DNA of 64,000 nucleotides from an uncultured Armatimonadia bacterium (lineage in GTDB: Bacteria; Armatimonadota; Zipacnadia; CAVVLO01): positions 1-64,000 of the forward strand of contig CAVVLO010000004.1 in assembly GCA_963749155.1 (NCBI GenBank). The letters are read 5' to 3'. Position 1 is the first letter of the stretch. Each line of letters opens with the position of its first letter. The notes below the pieces were generated by a model. That model was not told where the DNA came from. It made no database searches and was given only the letters and a program-made list of their open reading frames with translations. Positions 39,427 to 49,730 of this stretch are shown here, one piece after another. Made by a program: the position numbers and the translations under genes.

Positions 39427-42241
39427 TCAGGCGCTCTTGCGTCCACCGAAGGCCCCACCCGAGGCGACGGCGGTGACGGACCGTTCGAGCCAGAGGTTGC
39501 CTCCATCGGCCAGCGTGCCTACCTTGTCGCGGCGAGAGACAGTCACCTGGGGCGCAAGCGCGCCAGCCTGGAGTGCTTTCTCTCTTGCCCGAGCACGTGA
39601 AAGACTCACCGCGGCGTCGGTCGCGCTGGCTAGGCTCGGAGAACTCCAGTCGCTCTTCCGTGCCATATAAAACATAGTTGGAAGATTCGCCAGGCCGGAT
39701 GAGTACCTCTTCTCGCACGACCACTTCGCTGCCGATGGCGCCTATCGCATTAGCGACGTCGGCGTGTTCAGGCACGATTAACTCGGCGGCGAGATGCTCC
39801 AAAACCGGCGGCATCAGGGCCCCAGCGGGCGCGCCCAGCGCGATGACAGGCCGGCGCAGCGACAGACCCACGCCCAGCCCCTGTCCCTCATCGTGGAAAG
39901 CTCTTTCCAGCAGGAAAGCCCAGTCCTCCGGCAAGTCCTGCAGAGCGCGCTGCTCGAAGGAGACCTCTCGCCGGACAAGCTCTTCAAAGAGCCGCCTGGT
40001 GATGGCCTCTCGGGCCAGCGCCAGCGTCTCCTCGGCGCTCTTGCCAAGCAGCGTCGCGAAAGCCGTGAGCATCAGACGCGCAGCCTCAGCGTCCCAGCGA
40101 GTGAATTCTCCCGTCACATGAAGCAGGTCGGTGGGGGTCAGCGCGGCCCTTTTTACGATGCCGAGTTCCTCGAGGCGCTTCAGCGGCAGCAACTGGTATG
40201 AGGCCAGCCCCAGCTCCCAGGACGCCTCAAGCGCGGGGATTGGCCCTGAATCCAGCAGCTTCAGCAGGCGCTTCTCTGTTGGGCTCGGGTCGAAGCGCGT
40301 CTTTGCGCCGGGCACCAGCACGTCCAGCACCGCGGCGCTCGAGGCCCCTGACCATCTGCGCGGATCGAAGCTCTCGTAAAACTTCCTGGCCCGCTCGCTG
40401 GTCGCCGCGAGGTAGCAGACAGGCAGGTTGCGCCTAGGCCCAACCTTCAGCCGGCGCTCTCGGTCGAAATCCAGCCTGCTGTCACCGCCGAGGCCTACGG
40501 TGCAGATCTCGACGACGTCGACGCTCATCGTATACTGGCCAACGCGGGCGCCCTCCGGCGAGACCGCCACATGCCCCTCCTGCAGTATGGCGCAATCGGT
40601 GGTCGTGCCGCCGATATCTATAACCAGCGCCTCATCGAGGCCGGTCAGCAGCTTTGCGCCGCTTACGCTGGCGGCGGGGCCGGAGAGGATTGTCTCAATA
40701 GGCCGGGCGCGCGCCACGACCTCGTCAACTGGCGTCCCGTCGCCCTTCACGACCATCAGCTTGCCAGGCACGCTGAAATCCTGCAGCGCCTGGTGGACGG
40801 ACTCTATCAGATGCTGGATGACCGGCATCAGCCTCGCGTTCGCAACCGCGGTCTGAGCGCCCCGGATGGCGTTAAGCCGCCGGGACAGTTCATGCGCGCA
40901 GATAACCGGCACATCCGAGACCTCCCGGATGAGTTCTCTTACACGCGCCACCTGCACTGGATTGCGCACCGCGCCATAGGCCGCGATGACCAGCGCCGCG
41001 CAGTGGTCGTGTTCGAGCAGTGTCTGGATGGCTTTTCTGGCCGCGACCTCGTCCAGTGGTTCGTTTACCTCACCTGTGATCGTAACGTGCCCTGGCACCC
41101 ACTTCACGGGCTTATGACCGATATCCTTGAGGAAGGACTCCCAGGGAGAGAGGACAATCAGCCCGACTTTGTGGCCGCGCCCCTCGACTATCGCATTGGT
41201 GGCGAGGGTCGTCGAAAGGGAAGTGACCTCGACTCGCGCGAGCAACTCGGCAGGCAACCCTTCCAGCGCGCCTCGTATCCCAATCACCAGGTCGTGATAA
41301 GTGGTCAGCGACTTGGCCTTCGCCAGCACCTGCTGCGCGCCCAGGTCGTAAAGCACCGCGTCGGTGTAGGTGCCCCCCGCGTCAATCCCGAGCCCCAGGC
41401 CCTCCGGCGCAAGCTGCTCTCCGGCTGCCTCGAACACGGTCACCTCTTCAGCCGAAAGCGCCTCGGCGAAGTCGCTCGAATCGATTGGCACAGCCTCGAG
41501 CAGGCGCTCATCTCCCGTAGACCTGGCCCGGTGATGAGGCGGCAGCACGAATATCCGCGCCTCTTGCTCCCAGTCGCCTGCAAGGAGAAGCCGCAGCAGT
41601 TCCGCATCACCTTCTAGCTGTTCATAGGTCCAGTCGAACACTTCGGCCATCTCGCGGGTGAATTCGGCCGCCTCTTCCTCGCCCTCGAAGCCCAGGTTGA
41701 TGTAAGCAGCGCGGCTGTAATGCTGCCGCCACCTGTCCCAGAAAGCCAGGATATGTTCGGCGTTCTCCTCGCCGTATTTATCAGCCAGGTCGCGATACTC
41801 CGGATGCTGCCCATAGCCTACTTTGGCATAGTTGGAATATAGCTCCGTGGCTTCGCGGTTCTGCGGGTTGATCTCTTCCTTTAGCCAGCCAAGGGTATGG
41901 TAGAAGGTGCCGGGATTCTTGCGGAACTGCTTCAGGTATTTCTCACGTGACCCAAGGAAGAGCGTAATGCAGTCGTGGGCGCGAGGGATTATGACGGGTA
42001 TCTCTCTTGACACCAGGCCAGCCAGCCCTCTGCCGCACAGGCCATAGAAAGTGACGACTGCATCATACCGGCCCGAACTGGAGGCCTCGTCAATCGCCTC
42101 TTGCAAAAGCAAACGCAGGTCATTGGGGCGCGAATGCAGGCCCGCATCAAGCAGTTTGAAATCCACTTCGTGAGGGCCTTGCTTTCCAAGCGCCTCCACA
42201 TACGGCGAGAAGACGCCGCAACCAAGCACTTTGAGTCTCAT
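39427..42241 (-). CDS. DUF1638 - hydantoinase/oxoprolinase A fusion protein; apparent frameshift at about 39635
   Basis: N-terminal GLH..P..L, YGLCG and PRAHDCITLFLGS (DUF1638); GIDAGGTYTD, STTLATNAIVEG, ILSGPAAS, DIGGTTTD and ANAIGA (hydantoinase A). The natural C-terminus is in ORF 39427..39675. Confidence 0.8.
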
Positions 42242-42301
42242 CCTGTCCTCTTTTCTAGTTCTGTGTTGCGGTAAGGAACAACGCAGACCGCGCCAGGTTC
42301 C

Positions 42302-45169
42302 CTAAGGGCGGGCGGCCAGATAGCCCCAAACGTACACGTTTGGCGCCCAGCGGTCTACTACAAATTCGTTGATAATTGGATATAGGAATATATCGTAATA
42401 AGCCTCGTTTACTGGCCAGTCCCAGGCACTGGGCGTGCACTCGCGCGACAGGTACGAGCGGATAGGCCAGGTCATATCCTCGCTGTTCCACTGGACGAAG
42501 TCCACATTGCCGAAGACCGTCAAGCCGTCAGGAGCAGGCTGGCCTGTCCAGCGACTGTCGAGATGCAAAGGATGGCGCACGGGATTGGCGCCCAGACCAC
42601 TTGTATAACACAGATTGCCCGGGTTGCATCCAGCGCCGAACTGGCAAGCCTTCAGGGCGCCTTCAAGATACTCTGCCTTGCCTGTCAGGTAGTGCGCGCG
42701 CACCAGCTCGATGGCGTCCGGGGCGCTGTAGAAGCTGATGAACTGCGGCTTCCACCTGTCGGGGGCAGCCAGCTCGAAGGCGTTGCCCTGCTGGTAGTCG
42801 AGATACTGCCTGGCGTGCAGCTCGAGGGCCTTGGCGGCCCTGGCTTTCAGAGCGTTGTCGCCCATGCCCTCCGGCAGCAGCGTGTAGGCGAAAGCGGCGT
42901 CCTTCTGCACCTGGTCGCCCCAGGCGTAAAGGTTGGGCTGTTCAGCCAGCAGGCAGGTTGAGGCCAGAAACACGTCGTGGAAGCGCGTCTCGCCTGTCAA
43001 CTCGAAGAGGGCGATCGCTGCGAGATTCCGGTCGTCCTCGACCTCCCAGGGCAACTCGGCCAGCTTGCCCTCGCCCTCGCGACTGGCCCAGTCGGCTTCG
43101 GCCCAGTCAAAGGCCTTCACGGCGCTCTCGCGATAGGTGGCGGCAAGCTCTGGATCGGTCAACTTTAGCAACCCGCTGGCTCGCGCCGCGACCGCCGCAT
43201 AGATGTAACTCGACCACAGGTCGGACGCGGCGACATAGGCCGGCATCGACTGGATCCAGCTCACCTCCGATTGCAGCGGGTCGCCAGGCGTCTCGATGCC
43301 CCAGCTCACCCCGCCATCCGGCGACTGCAGCCTGCGGAAGCACTCCAGCTCGAACACGGCTTCTTCAATCACCGCCGGGGCCTTTGTCTCCTTTGGCAGA
43401 GGCCAGTCGAGGGCGCGGAAGTAGTCCGGGAAGAGCTTCAGCAACTCGAGCTGCGCCATCGTGACGCGCAGATGAGTCACCCGGCGTGGATTCCAGTCGC
43501 CCGCGTCGTGGTAGCCACCCCAGGCCTCGGGCACGAGTTCGCCAGTGCTGGCAGGCGCCAGGTCTTTGCTGAGGTCGCCTGGATTCATCACCACGAGGGT
43601 GGTGTGGTAGATGGGCTGCGCCTCGGGATAGCCCATCCGGAAGTCCACCGGCTTCACGAAATCGGTATACGGCGGCCCCAGCGCGATACCACTGCGCTCA
43701 TTCAGCAGGCCTTTCATCTGAATCAGGAAGGCTCGCTTCCACACATCGGCGCCAATCTCGAAGGGTAGCGAGCAGCCAAGCCCCTCGACCGCGACGCGAT
43801 AAGTGCCAGGCTGGGCGAAGTCGCTGAAGTCCAGTTTGTAGACACTGGTCTTGTTGAAGTTGGCCTCCCGGGCCATCAACTCGGGCTTGTCGGCAGGCCA
43901 GGCGAGCGTTAGCTGGCCGGTGTAGAGGCTCTCGCCCGTCTCGGCGTCTACGAGATGGAAGGGCGTCCCCTCCTCGTAGGGCTGCGGCCCCCCAGTACCC
44001 AGCCAGAGGGAACAGAAGGCCTGCTTGGCCGGGTCATCAGGCCGATAGCCGATCTGGTTCACATGCAGGGCCTCGGTCGGCGTGGTCGCGAAATCGAAAG
44101 TAAAACGCGCGCTGCCCTCCGCCACGTTCAGGCCGCCGAAGCTGACCAGGTAGGTCTTGCCCTGCTTCAGCGGTTTGGGTAGTCTCAGATAGAGGAAGTG
44201 CCGCTTGCTGAATCCGCCACCCGGAAGTTGCCAGTCGGTCGGCTTGCTCTTGCGGAAGACAGCCGTCGGCTTCACCGGCTGGGTAAAGTCGGCATCATCG
44301 GGCGAGGTGATGAGGTAACTACTCGTCCAGTCCGCCAGGGGAGTCTGCAGCTCATCGCCCTCAAGCTCTTCACGGGCTACGAACCAGTCGCGCTGCTCGC
44401 CGATCAGCCAGCCGATCTCCTTGTTCTCCCGTACCAGGCGCACCTCGTTAAGGCGGCCCTCCTCGTTGCGGATCTCCTTGCGTTCATCGCCAGGCTGAGG
44501 CGAATATTCTGTGAGGGAAGCCGGTACCACACGTTGCGATTCGATGGTCACAGCCAGCGTGTCGGGCGCAGCCAGGCCCAGGGAGACTAGCCGCGGTGAG
44601 CCGGGCCCGCGCGCAAGGGGGACAACGTCCTCCGGTGCCACGCTCGAATCATCGAAAACGCGGATATCGTCCAGCCAGACCTGTCCTTCGCCGCGCAGGA
44701 ACAACATCAGCAGCAGCGGAGAAGTCTCGGTCGGCACCACGGCCTTGCCCTCGAAGCGCGTCCAGTCGGCCGAAAAAGCCGCCTCGCGCGGGCAGACATT
44801 CTGCCAGAGGGCCAGCTTGCCCTCCGGATCCTGCCCGAAAACGACGACCTGGATATCCTCGAGGCCGGCAGCGCCGGGCTTGCTCTTTATGGCGCCCGAC
44901 ACCCGCAATGTCTTGCCAGCGCCGTCCGAGATGGGGGTAACCACATTGCCGCTACCTCGGCCGCCTACGCTCTCGAGCCGCAGGCTCGCGTCCCCTTCGG
45001 CAAAGGTGGTGGTATCGCGAAAAGCCTCGATCTTCCCCAGATCGAAATAGGTCTGAGTCCAGCCGGTTACCTGCTCGTCGCCGGACTCCATCGTGCCGTT
45101 GGCTACCAGCGACTGCCCCCAACAGCCAGCCGCAAGCAGCAAAGCTCCCAGCACCAAAACAAGTTTCAT
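42302..45169 (-). CDS. GH9 glycoside hydrolase with N-terminal CBM4/9-like and Ig-like domains
   Basis: Signal peptide, NG..E CBM start, VNQIGY.PD..K, GGYHDAGD, G.NP...Y..G.G and NE. Confidence 0.85.
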   Translation of the reverse strand: MKLVLVLGALLLAAGCWGQSLVANGTMESGDEQVTGWTQTYFDLGKIEAFRDTTTFAEGDASLRLESVGGRGSGNVVTPISDGAGKTLRVSGAIKSKPGAAGLEDIQVVVFGQDPEGKLALWQNVCPREAAFSADWTRFEGKAVVPTETSPLLLMLFLRGEGQVWLDDIRVFDDSSVAPEDVVPLARGPGSPRLVSLGLAAPDTLAVTIESQRVVPASLTEYSPQPGDERKEIRNEEGRLNEVRLVRENKEIGWLIGEQRDWFVAREELEGDELQTPLADWTSSYLITSPDDADFTQPVKPTAVFRKSKPTDWQLPGGGFSKRHFLYLRLPKPLKQGKTYLVSFGGLNVAEGSARFTFDFATTPTEALHVNQIGYRPDDPAKQAFCSLWLGTGGPQPYEEGTPFHLVDAETGESLYTGQLTLAWPADKPELMAREANFNKTSVYKLDFSDFAQPGTYRVAVEGLGCSLPFEIGADVWKRAFLIQMKGLLNERSGIALGPPYTDFVKPVDFRMGYPEAQPIYHTTLVVMNPGDLSKDLAPASTGELVPEAWGGYHDAGDWNPRRVTHLRVTMAQLELLKLFPDYFRALDWPLPKETKAPAVIEEAVFELECFRRLQSPDGGVSWGIETPGDPLQSEVSWIQSMPAYVAASDLWSSYIYAAVAARASGLLKLTDPELAATYRESAVKAFDWAEADWASREGEGKLAELPWEVEDDRNLAAIALFELTGETRFHDVFLASTCLLAEQPNLYAWGDQVQKDAAFAYTLLPEGMGDNALKARAAKALELHARQYLDYQQGNAFELAAPDRWKPQFISFYSAPDAIELVRAHYLTGKAEYLEGALKACQFGAGCNPGNLCYTSGLGANPVRHPLHLDSRWTGQPAPDGLTVFGNVDFVQWNSEDMTWPIRSYLSRECTPSAWDWPVNEAYYDIFLYPIINEFVVDRWAPNVYVWGYLAARP

Positions 45170-45225
45170 TGGGTTACCTCCCAGGACTGGCCCCAACCGG
45201 CTTCGACTGAGCAAATCGTCTTTCC

Positions 45226-47475
45226 TCACTTGATATAAAGCCTCACTAGTCCAGCCCCAGGCTCCTCGAAGGGGCCGGGAGTTGGGTTGGTCCTGCTTCT
45301 CGGCTTGCCCGCAAAGTCGGTGTCGAAGCTGTAGGGAGTGCCATCAGCTTGTTCATAGGGCAGCCCAGTGACCGCCGCCACCCCAAGGCTCTCACTCGTG
45401 ATGAGCTGGGTCGGTATACCAGGCAGACCTTCAGCAAAGTCCAGTTCGAGCGCTAACCCAGTCGCATCGCTTATCAGGTTGCACCTGGCATCAATTGCTG
45501 GAAAAACGCCAGGCTCCTCATCGAAGCTGCTTGCTTCGGCCGTCGTCAGAAACACGTTCCCCCTTGCGAAGTTTGGCCGCGAGGCAGCGTTATAAAGGGC
45601 CAGCCCAGTGCCCGCCACAAACAGGTTGTTGAAGAACCGGTTGTCGCCGCCCTGGGTAGTGGCCAGGCCTGCAACTTCGGTCGAGTGCGCCAGATGATAA
45701 GGCGTCTCCCGATTTGGCTCGGGCGAACGGATGAAAGCTCCTGCGAACAGGTTATGGACGAAGGCGCCTCCCTCTGAGACATCCAGCAGCGACACCCTCG
45801 ACAGGAAGAGGTTATTATCCACTACACAGGGACCGTGATTGACTTCCATAAAGAGGTCGCGCTCGGGATTGCTATAGAAAAGATTGCCTGTGACCCGCGT
45901 GCCCTGAGCCATCCAGTCGAGCCATAATCCCTGGCAGCAGTTGTAGATGCGGTTGTGGCTGATCACAGTATCAATTGCTCCGTGAAACTTGATGCCCGCC
46001 ACTTCGGCGCCAGAGAATAATCTCCGCACCTGGATGTCGTGGATTTCATTTCCGGTAATAGTGCAGAAGACTGCCCCCAGGCTGCCCACGATACCCGCCT
46101 GCTCGCAATTGGAGATATGATTATTGCGCACCAGGTGATGGCCAATATTCTCTTTTGACCAGCCGCGCGTGAAGGCGCGCTTAATCGTCTCGACATAGCC
46201 CTCTGCGCTGTTCTGGGAGGTGTTGTCGAACTCGTCTCCATGCTTGCCAAGCGCGATCCCAACGCACATCGAATAGGCGATAGTGTTGTCTTCGATAATC
46301 CAGCCCTTGCTCCAGTTGGTGCCTAGCAAACCGGGCTGTTCGGCTGTGGGAGGCGCCCAGGGAGTGGCGGCACTAAGCAAGGTGAACCCGCGCACAGTCA
46401 GGTAGTTGATGCCAGTCTTCAGGGGATAGAACACGGTGCGCCGGACATTGATCTCAACATCAGTACTATTAGGATCTATTCCCTGAAACTGGGCCCAGAG
46501 GGTAGTGTGCGTGGGACCGACCTTCGCATACCAAAGACCTGCTTTCTCGAGTTCGGTCTGCGCTGCGCGAAACACCAGGTAGAGGGGCTCCTCAGAGCCA
46601 GTGCCCTCAAGTGAGATAAGGCAGGATTGCCAGGCCTGCCAGTCGCCAGTGTTTTCGACCTTGCCAGTGCCCAGCAGCTTGCCCGTGGGGCTACCGCTTC
46701 GCACCTCGACAAGTCCGCCCTGGGAGGCAGAAGCCACGCGCAGTTCGAGCTGCGTGACCGAATCATCAAGCCGGAGCCCCTGATAGGCGACCCAGTCTCC
46801 CTGGTTAATCCAGCCGATGCACTCGCCCCCTTCCGAGCAGGCCGCAGTCTGGATTCCCGATTGCTGGACATAACTGGTTGCGGCAACCTGGCTGGTTGCG
46901 CCAGTCTCGGTCAGCAGGCGAATCCAGGCCACATTGAGCAGGTAATTCCCATCATCAGGGCCATAATGCGAGGCAGTGCCAAAGGGACGCATCACATCGG
47001 CGAGGCTGGCAGCTTCTTTCAGCCAGTGGCCGTTCAAATAGACCGCGCCTGTATGGTGTTCTCTCCCGCGCGGATCGAACCAGTCGCCATGAATCAGGTC
47101 CCCATAAGGGTTGAAATCTCCAAAAAGGGTGTTAGGCACTGTAACCCGCCAGGAGTCACCTGTTGCTTTCACCCAGCCTTTGACCAGTTCGGAGCCCTTG
47201 ATGACGACCTTCTCACCAGGCGCCGCCTGATAGACGATGCGCTGGGCGTCTGACTTCCCGCCGCGAGGGGGATTGATATGCTCCCGGTAGACCCCTTCAT
47301 GGACGGTAATGATATCTCCAGGTTGGGCAAGCGCTGCCGCGGCCGAGATAGTTTTGAGAGGGTCGCCCGCGCTGCCTGTGGCTGTATCCTGGCCAGCCAG
47401 CGCCACGTGGTATTCGCGCGCGAAGGCCGCAGTCCCAAGCGTTAAAGCCAAGAACCAGACAAGAGCTTTCCTCAT
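45226..47475 (-). CDS. GH120-like beta-xylosidase (DUF1565 beta-helix) with inserted CBM6
   Basis: TISAAAALAQPGD..TVHEGVYRE.INPPRGG, WAPPTAEQ.G, GIKFH and WLDWMAQG; insert with GWI..GDW..Y, RVAS and TGDWQ.W (CBM6). Confidence 0.8.
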   Translation of the reverse strand: MRKALVWFLALTLGTAAFAREYHVALAGQDTATGSAGDPLKTISAAAALAQPGDIITVHEGVYREHINPPRGGKSDAQRIVYQAAPGEKVVIKGSELVKGWVKATGDSWRVTVPNTLFGDFNPYGDLIHGDWFDPRGREHHTGAVYLNGHWLKEAASLADVMRPFGTASHYGPDDGNYLLNVAWIRLLTETGATSQVAATSYVQQSGIQTAACSEGGECIGWINQGDWVAYQGLRLDDSVTQLELRVASASQGGLVEVRSGSPTGKLLGTGKVENTGDWQAWQSCLISLEGTGSEEPLYLVFRAAQTELEKAGLWYAKVGPTHTTLWAQFQGIDPNSTDVEINVRRTVFYPLKTGINYLTVRGFTLLSAATPWAPPTAEQPGLLGTNWSKGWIIEDNTIAYSMCVGIALGKHGDEFDNTSQNSAEGYVETIKRAFTRGWSKENIGHHLVRNNHISNCEQAGIVGSLGAVFCTITGNEIHDIQVRRLFSGAEVAGIKFHGAIDTVISHNRIYNCCQGLWLDWMAQGTRVTGNLFYSNPERDLFMEVNHGPCVVDNNLFLSRVSLLDVSEGGAFVHNLFAGAFIRSPEPNRETPYHLAHSTEVAGLATTQGGDNRFFNNLFVAGTGLALYNAASRPNFARGNVFLTTAEASSFDEEPGVFPAIDARCNLISDATGLALELDFAEGLPGIPTQLITSESLGVAAVTGLPYEQADGTPYSFDTDFAGKPRSRTNPTPGPFEEPGAGLVRLYIK

Positions 47476-47513
47476 CGCCCCTCACTCCTTGCGGATGCCA
47501 ATTCTGAGTTGCC

Positions 47514-47542
47514 ACTGTAGACAAAGACTGGCGGCCTGTCAA
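47514..47542 (-). promoter_or_regulatory. Sigma70-type promoter TTGACA-N17-TACAGT
   Basis: Perfect -35 and 4/6 -10 with the conserved TA...T, 38 nt upstream of the GH120 start. Confidence 0.5.
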
Positions 47543-47611
47543 AGCAGGTGGTGGGCCTCCTGGCAGAGGTTGCTGGCCTCAGCTTTCTAGAGGCATTAAA
47601 ACCAAAGACGC

Positions 47612-47638
47612 GCAGGAATCTCTCTCTTGAATACGAAA
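47612..47638 (+). promoter_or_regulatory. SigH-like promoter motif GCAGGA-N15-ACGAAA
   Basis: Recurring motif upstream of gene 47709. Confidence 0.5.
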
Positions 47639-47708
47639 GCAAAACAACCAAGACTTATTTTTTTTGATAAACCGGGTGCTGACTGCTGCAGTGCCTGGGA
47701 GGAGAACT

Positions 47709-48194
47709 ATGTTGCGTGCGGGACGCTGGCGTCGCAACGTCATCCTCGCTTTGGCGATCACGGTCGGTGCCGTGGGCTTCGTATACCTTGGGCTGCTTGC
47801 TAACAGTCTCGTCCTCTACACGTCACCGTACGGGATCCCCTGCATACTCGGAGGCGAACTGGCGCTCAGCAAGGCTCCCTTCGACAGTCAGGTCTGGAAG
47901 GACAACTCGCCAACCGGCTACGACAGCGGGCATCCGCCATCGCTGAGGTACCAGATGGCCAAGTCACTGCTGGATAGCTACCTGCGCCCCGGGATGGCCG
48001 AAGCCCAGGTGCTGGAGCTGCTGGGCGAGCCGGAGTTCCATAGGGGTACGGACCCTCAGACCGGCACCGAGTGGTGGACGTACAAGCTGGGCTATCCCTT
48101 CAGAGAGACCTTTATGTGGCACTTCTACGTCCGCTTCGACGCCAACGGGAAGGTGATCCGCGCGGGAGTGGACAGCAGCTTTGGGATTGACTAG
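47709..48194 (+). CDS. Hypothetical membrane-anchored protein with SmpA/BamE-like motif
   Basis: GGAGGAG RBS, N-terminal TM helix, FDS..W....RY.M...L....L.PGM...QV..LLGEP...W.Y. Confidence 0.6.
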   Translation: MLRAGRWRRNVILALAITVGAVGFVYLGLLANSLVLYTSPYGIPCILGGELALSKAPFDSQVWKDNSPTGYDSGHPPSLRYQMAKSLLDSYLRPGMAEAQVLELLGEPEFHRGTDPQTGTEWWTYKLGYPFRETFMWHFYVRFDANGKVIRAGVDSSFGID

Positions 48195-48215
48195 GGGTGG
48201 TCTGGTCCTCCCCCC

Positions 48216-48263
48216 CAGGCAGGAACACCTCCCTACGCAGCGAAACCAGAGAGTGCCTGGCGC
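48216..48263 (+). repeat. Intergenic repeat copy 1 containing the SigH-like motif
   Basis: CAGGCAGGAAC....CCTA.GCAGCGAAACC..GA..TGCCTGGCGCA, also present at 48825-48872; bounded by a CAGGCA/TGCCTG inverted repeat. Confidence 0.7.
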
Positions 48264-48279
48264 AGGAGGTGAGGCGCAG

Positions 48280-48796
48280 GTGGTTTGGCGCTATATTGGG
48301 ACTGGGTTGATGGGCCTGTTACTCGTGGGAAACGGGATTATCGGTGTCTGGTGCATCCTGGCCCTGAGGGGCGCTGCCTCGGCTCCGGGCGGGCTCGGCT
48401 CAGCCAAGCGCGGTCGGCTGCTCCTCTCTCTGCTCGCCGAACAGTCGCTTGCCGGAGTCGGCACGGCTGCCTCCTCTGCTCGCCGAACAGTCGCTTGCCG
48501 GCGTGGCGCTGCTTTACTGGGTATTCCTAACGATGGGACCGGCGTCTCCTCTCGCGCGAGGACTAGTGGTCGCTGTCATTGTCTTCGTTGGCCTTGGGGC
48601 CTTCTGGGACAGCTGGTTTGCCCTCCTGGCGCCTGCAAAGGCCTGTCGGAAGTGGGAAGCACTGGAGCCAAAAGCGAGGCGTCAGCGGTTACTCGGCTTG
48701 CAGGTGGTGGTTGGACTGGCCGTGGTTATGGATCTCGTTGTCGCGGCGCTGCTGCTGTTCGCCGTGCTTGCCGCGGTGGCACTGGCCGGCCTCTAA
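48280..48796 (+). CDS. Hypothetical membrane protein disrupted by a 46-nt-period tandem duplication
   Basis: AGGAGGTG RBS; hydrophobic segments split between ORFs 48181.. and 48449..48796; the 28-mer is repeated at 48428-48455 and 48474-48501. Confidence 0.5.
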
Positions 48797-48824
48797 GGTC
48801 CCCAGCGTTGTCTCGCTTTAGTCT

Positions 48825-48872
48825 CAGGCAGGAACTTCCCCCTATGCAGCGAAACCTCGATCTGCCTGGCGC
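48825..48872 (+). repeat. Intergenic repeat copy 2 containing the SigH-like motif
   Basis: Near-identical to 48216-48263. Confidence 0.7.
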
Positions 48873-48920
48873 AAGTCTTAATCCTAACGCGCCGGGGACT
48901 GGCTGCGAGGCCAGTGGGAG

Positions 48921-49730
48921 GTGAGCGGACAGGTGAAGGATTTCACCAGAAAGCAGTTTCTCTCCGCGGCAGGATTGTTGCTGGCGGGCCTTGTGACAGG
49001 CGCCGGACCAGGCCTGGCCGAAGGTGAAGACGACTTCGAGGCGATGATTGAGATCCCTGGAGGCAAGTTCCGTAAAGGCACCAGCGCCATCGAGGTCAGC
49101 AGGCTGGCCAAAGCCGGTGGGTATCATCCCTCCTGGTTCGCGCACGAGGCGCCGCAGGAAGAGGTCTTCCTTCCGACCTTCTACATCGACAAATATCCCG
49201 TCACCAACAAGCAGTTTCTTCGCTTCTGCGAGGAGTCGGGCTACAAACATCGTCCTTATCACTGGCCAAACGGCCAACCACCAGCCCGGTTGCTTTACCA
49301 TCCCGTCATCTTCGTCCATCGGGGGGATGCCAGGGCTTATGCAGAATGGGCTGGCAAGCGACTTCCGACCGAGGCAGAGTGGGAAAAAGCCGCCCGCGGC
49401 AGTGATGGCCGCACCTGGCCCTGGGGCGACCAGTTCGACGCCAACCGGTGCTGCTGGCACCGCAACAAGAGCGCCGGCCAGACTACGATGAGGGTGGACG
49501 CCCACAAGCAAGGCGCAAGCCCGTATGGCGTGATGGACCTGGCCGGCAATGTGCTCGAGTGGTGCGCCGACAATCCCTTGGACTCGCCGCCGACTGCCTT
49601 CTGCAAGGGCGGTTTCTGGGGTTGTTTTGACCCCGTCAACCTGCGCGTCGCGGCTCGCAACCACAGTGGATTCGACAACAACCGGATGGACTCGATTGGC
49701 TTCCGGTGCGCGCGGGGAGGGGGTAAGTGA
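48921..49730 (+). CDS. FGE-sulfatase (SUMF1)-domain protein with Tat-like signal
   Basis: TRKQFL signal; F..G, E.P, F.IDKYPVTN.QF..F, RLPTEAEWEKAARG, DLAGNV.EW and IGFRC. Confidence 0.85.
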   Translation: MSGQVKDFTRKQFLSAAGLLLAGLVTGAGPGLAEGEDDFEAMIEIPGGKFRKGTSAIEVSRLAKAGGYHPSWFAHEAPQEEVFLPTFYIDKYPVTNKQFLRFCEESGYKHRPYHWPNGQPPARLLYHPVIFVHRGDARAYAEWAGKRLPTEAEWEKAARGSDGRTWPWGDQFDANRCCWHRNKSAGQTTMRVDAHKQGASPYGVMDLAGNVLEWCADNPLDSPPTAFCKGGFWGCFDPVNLRVAARNHSGFDNNRMDSIGFRCARGGGK

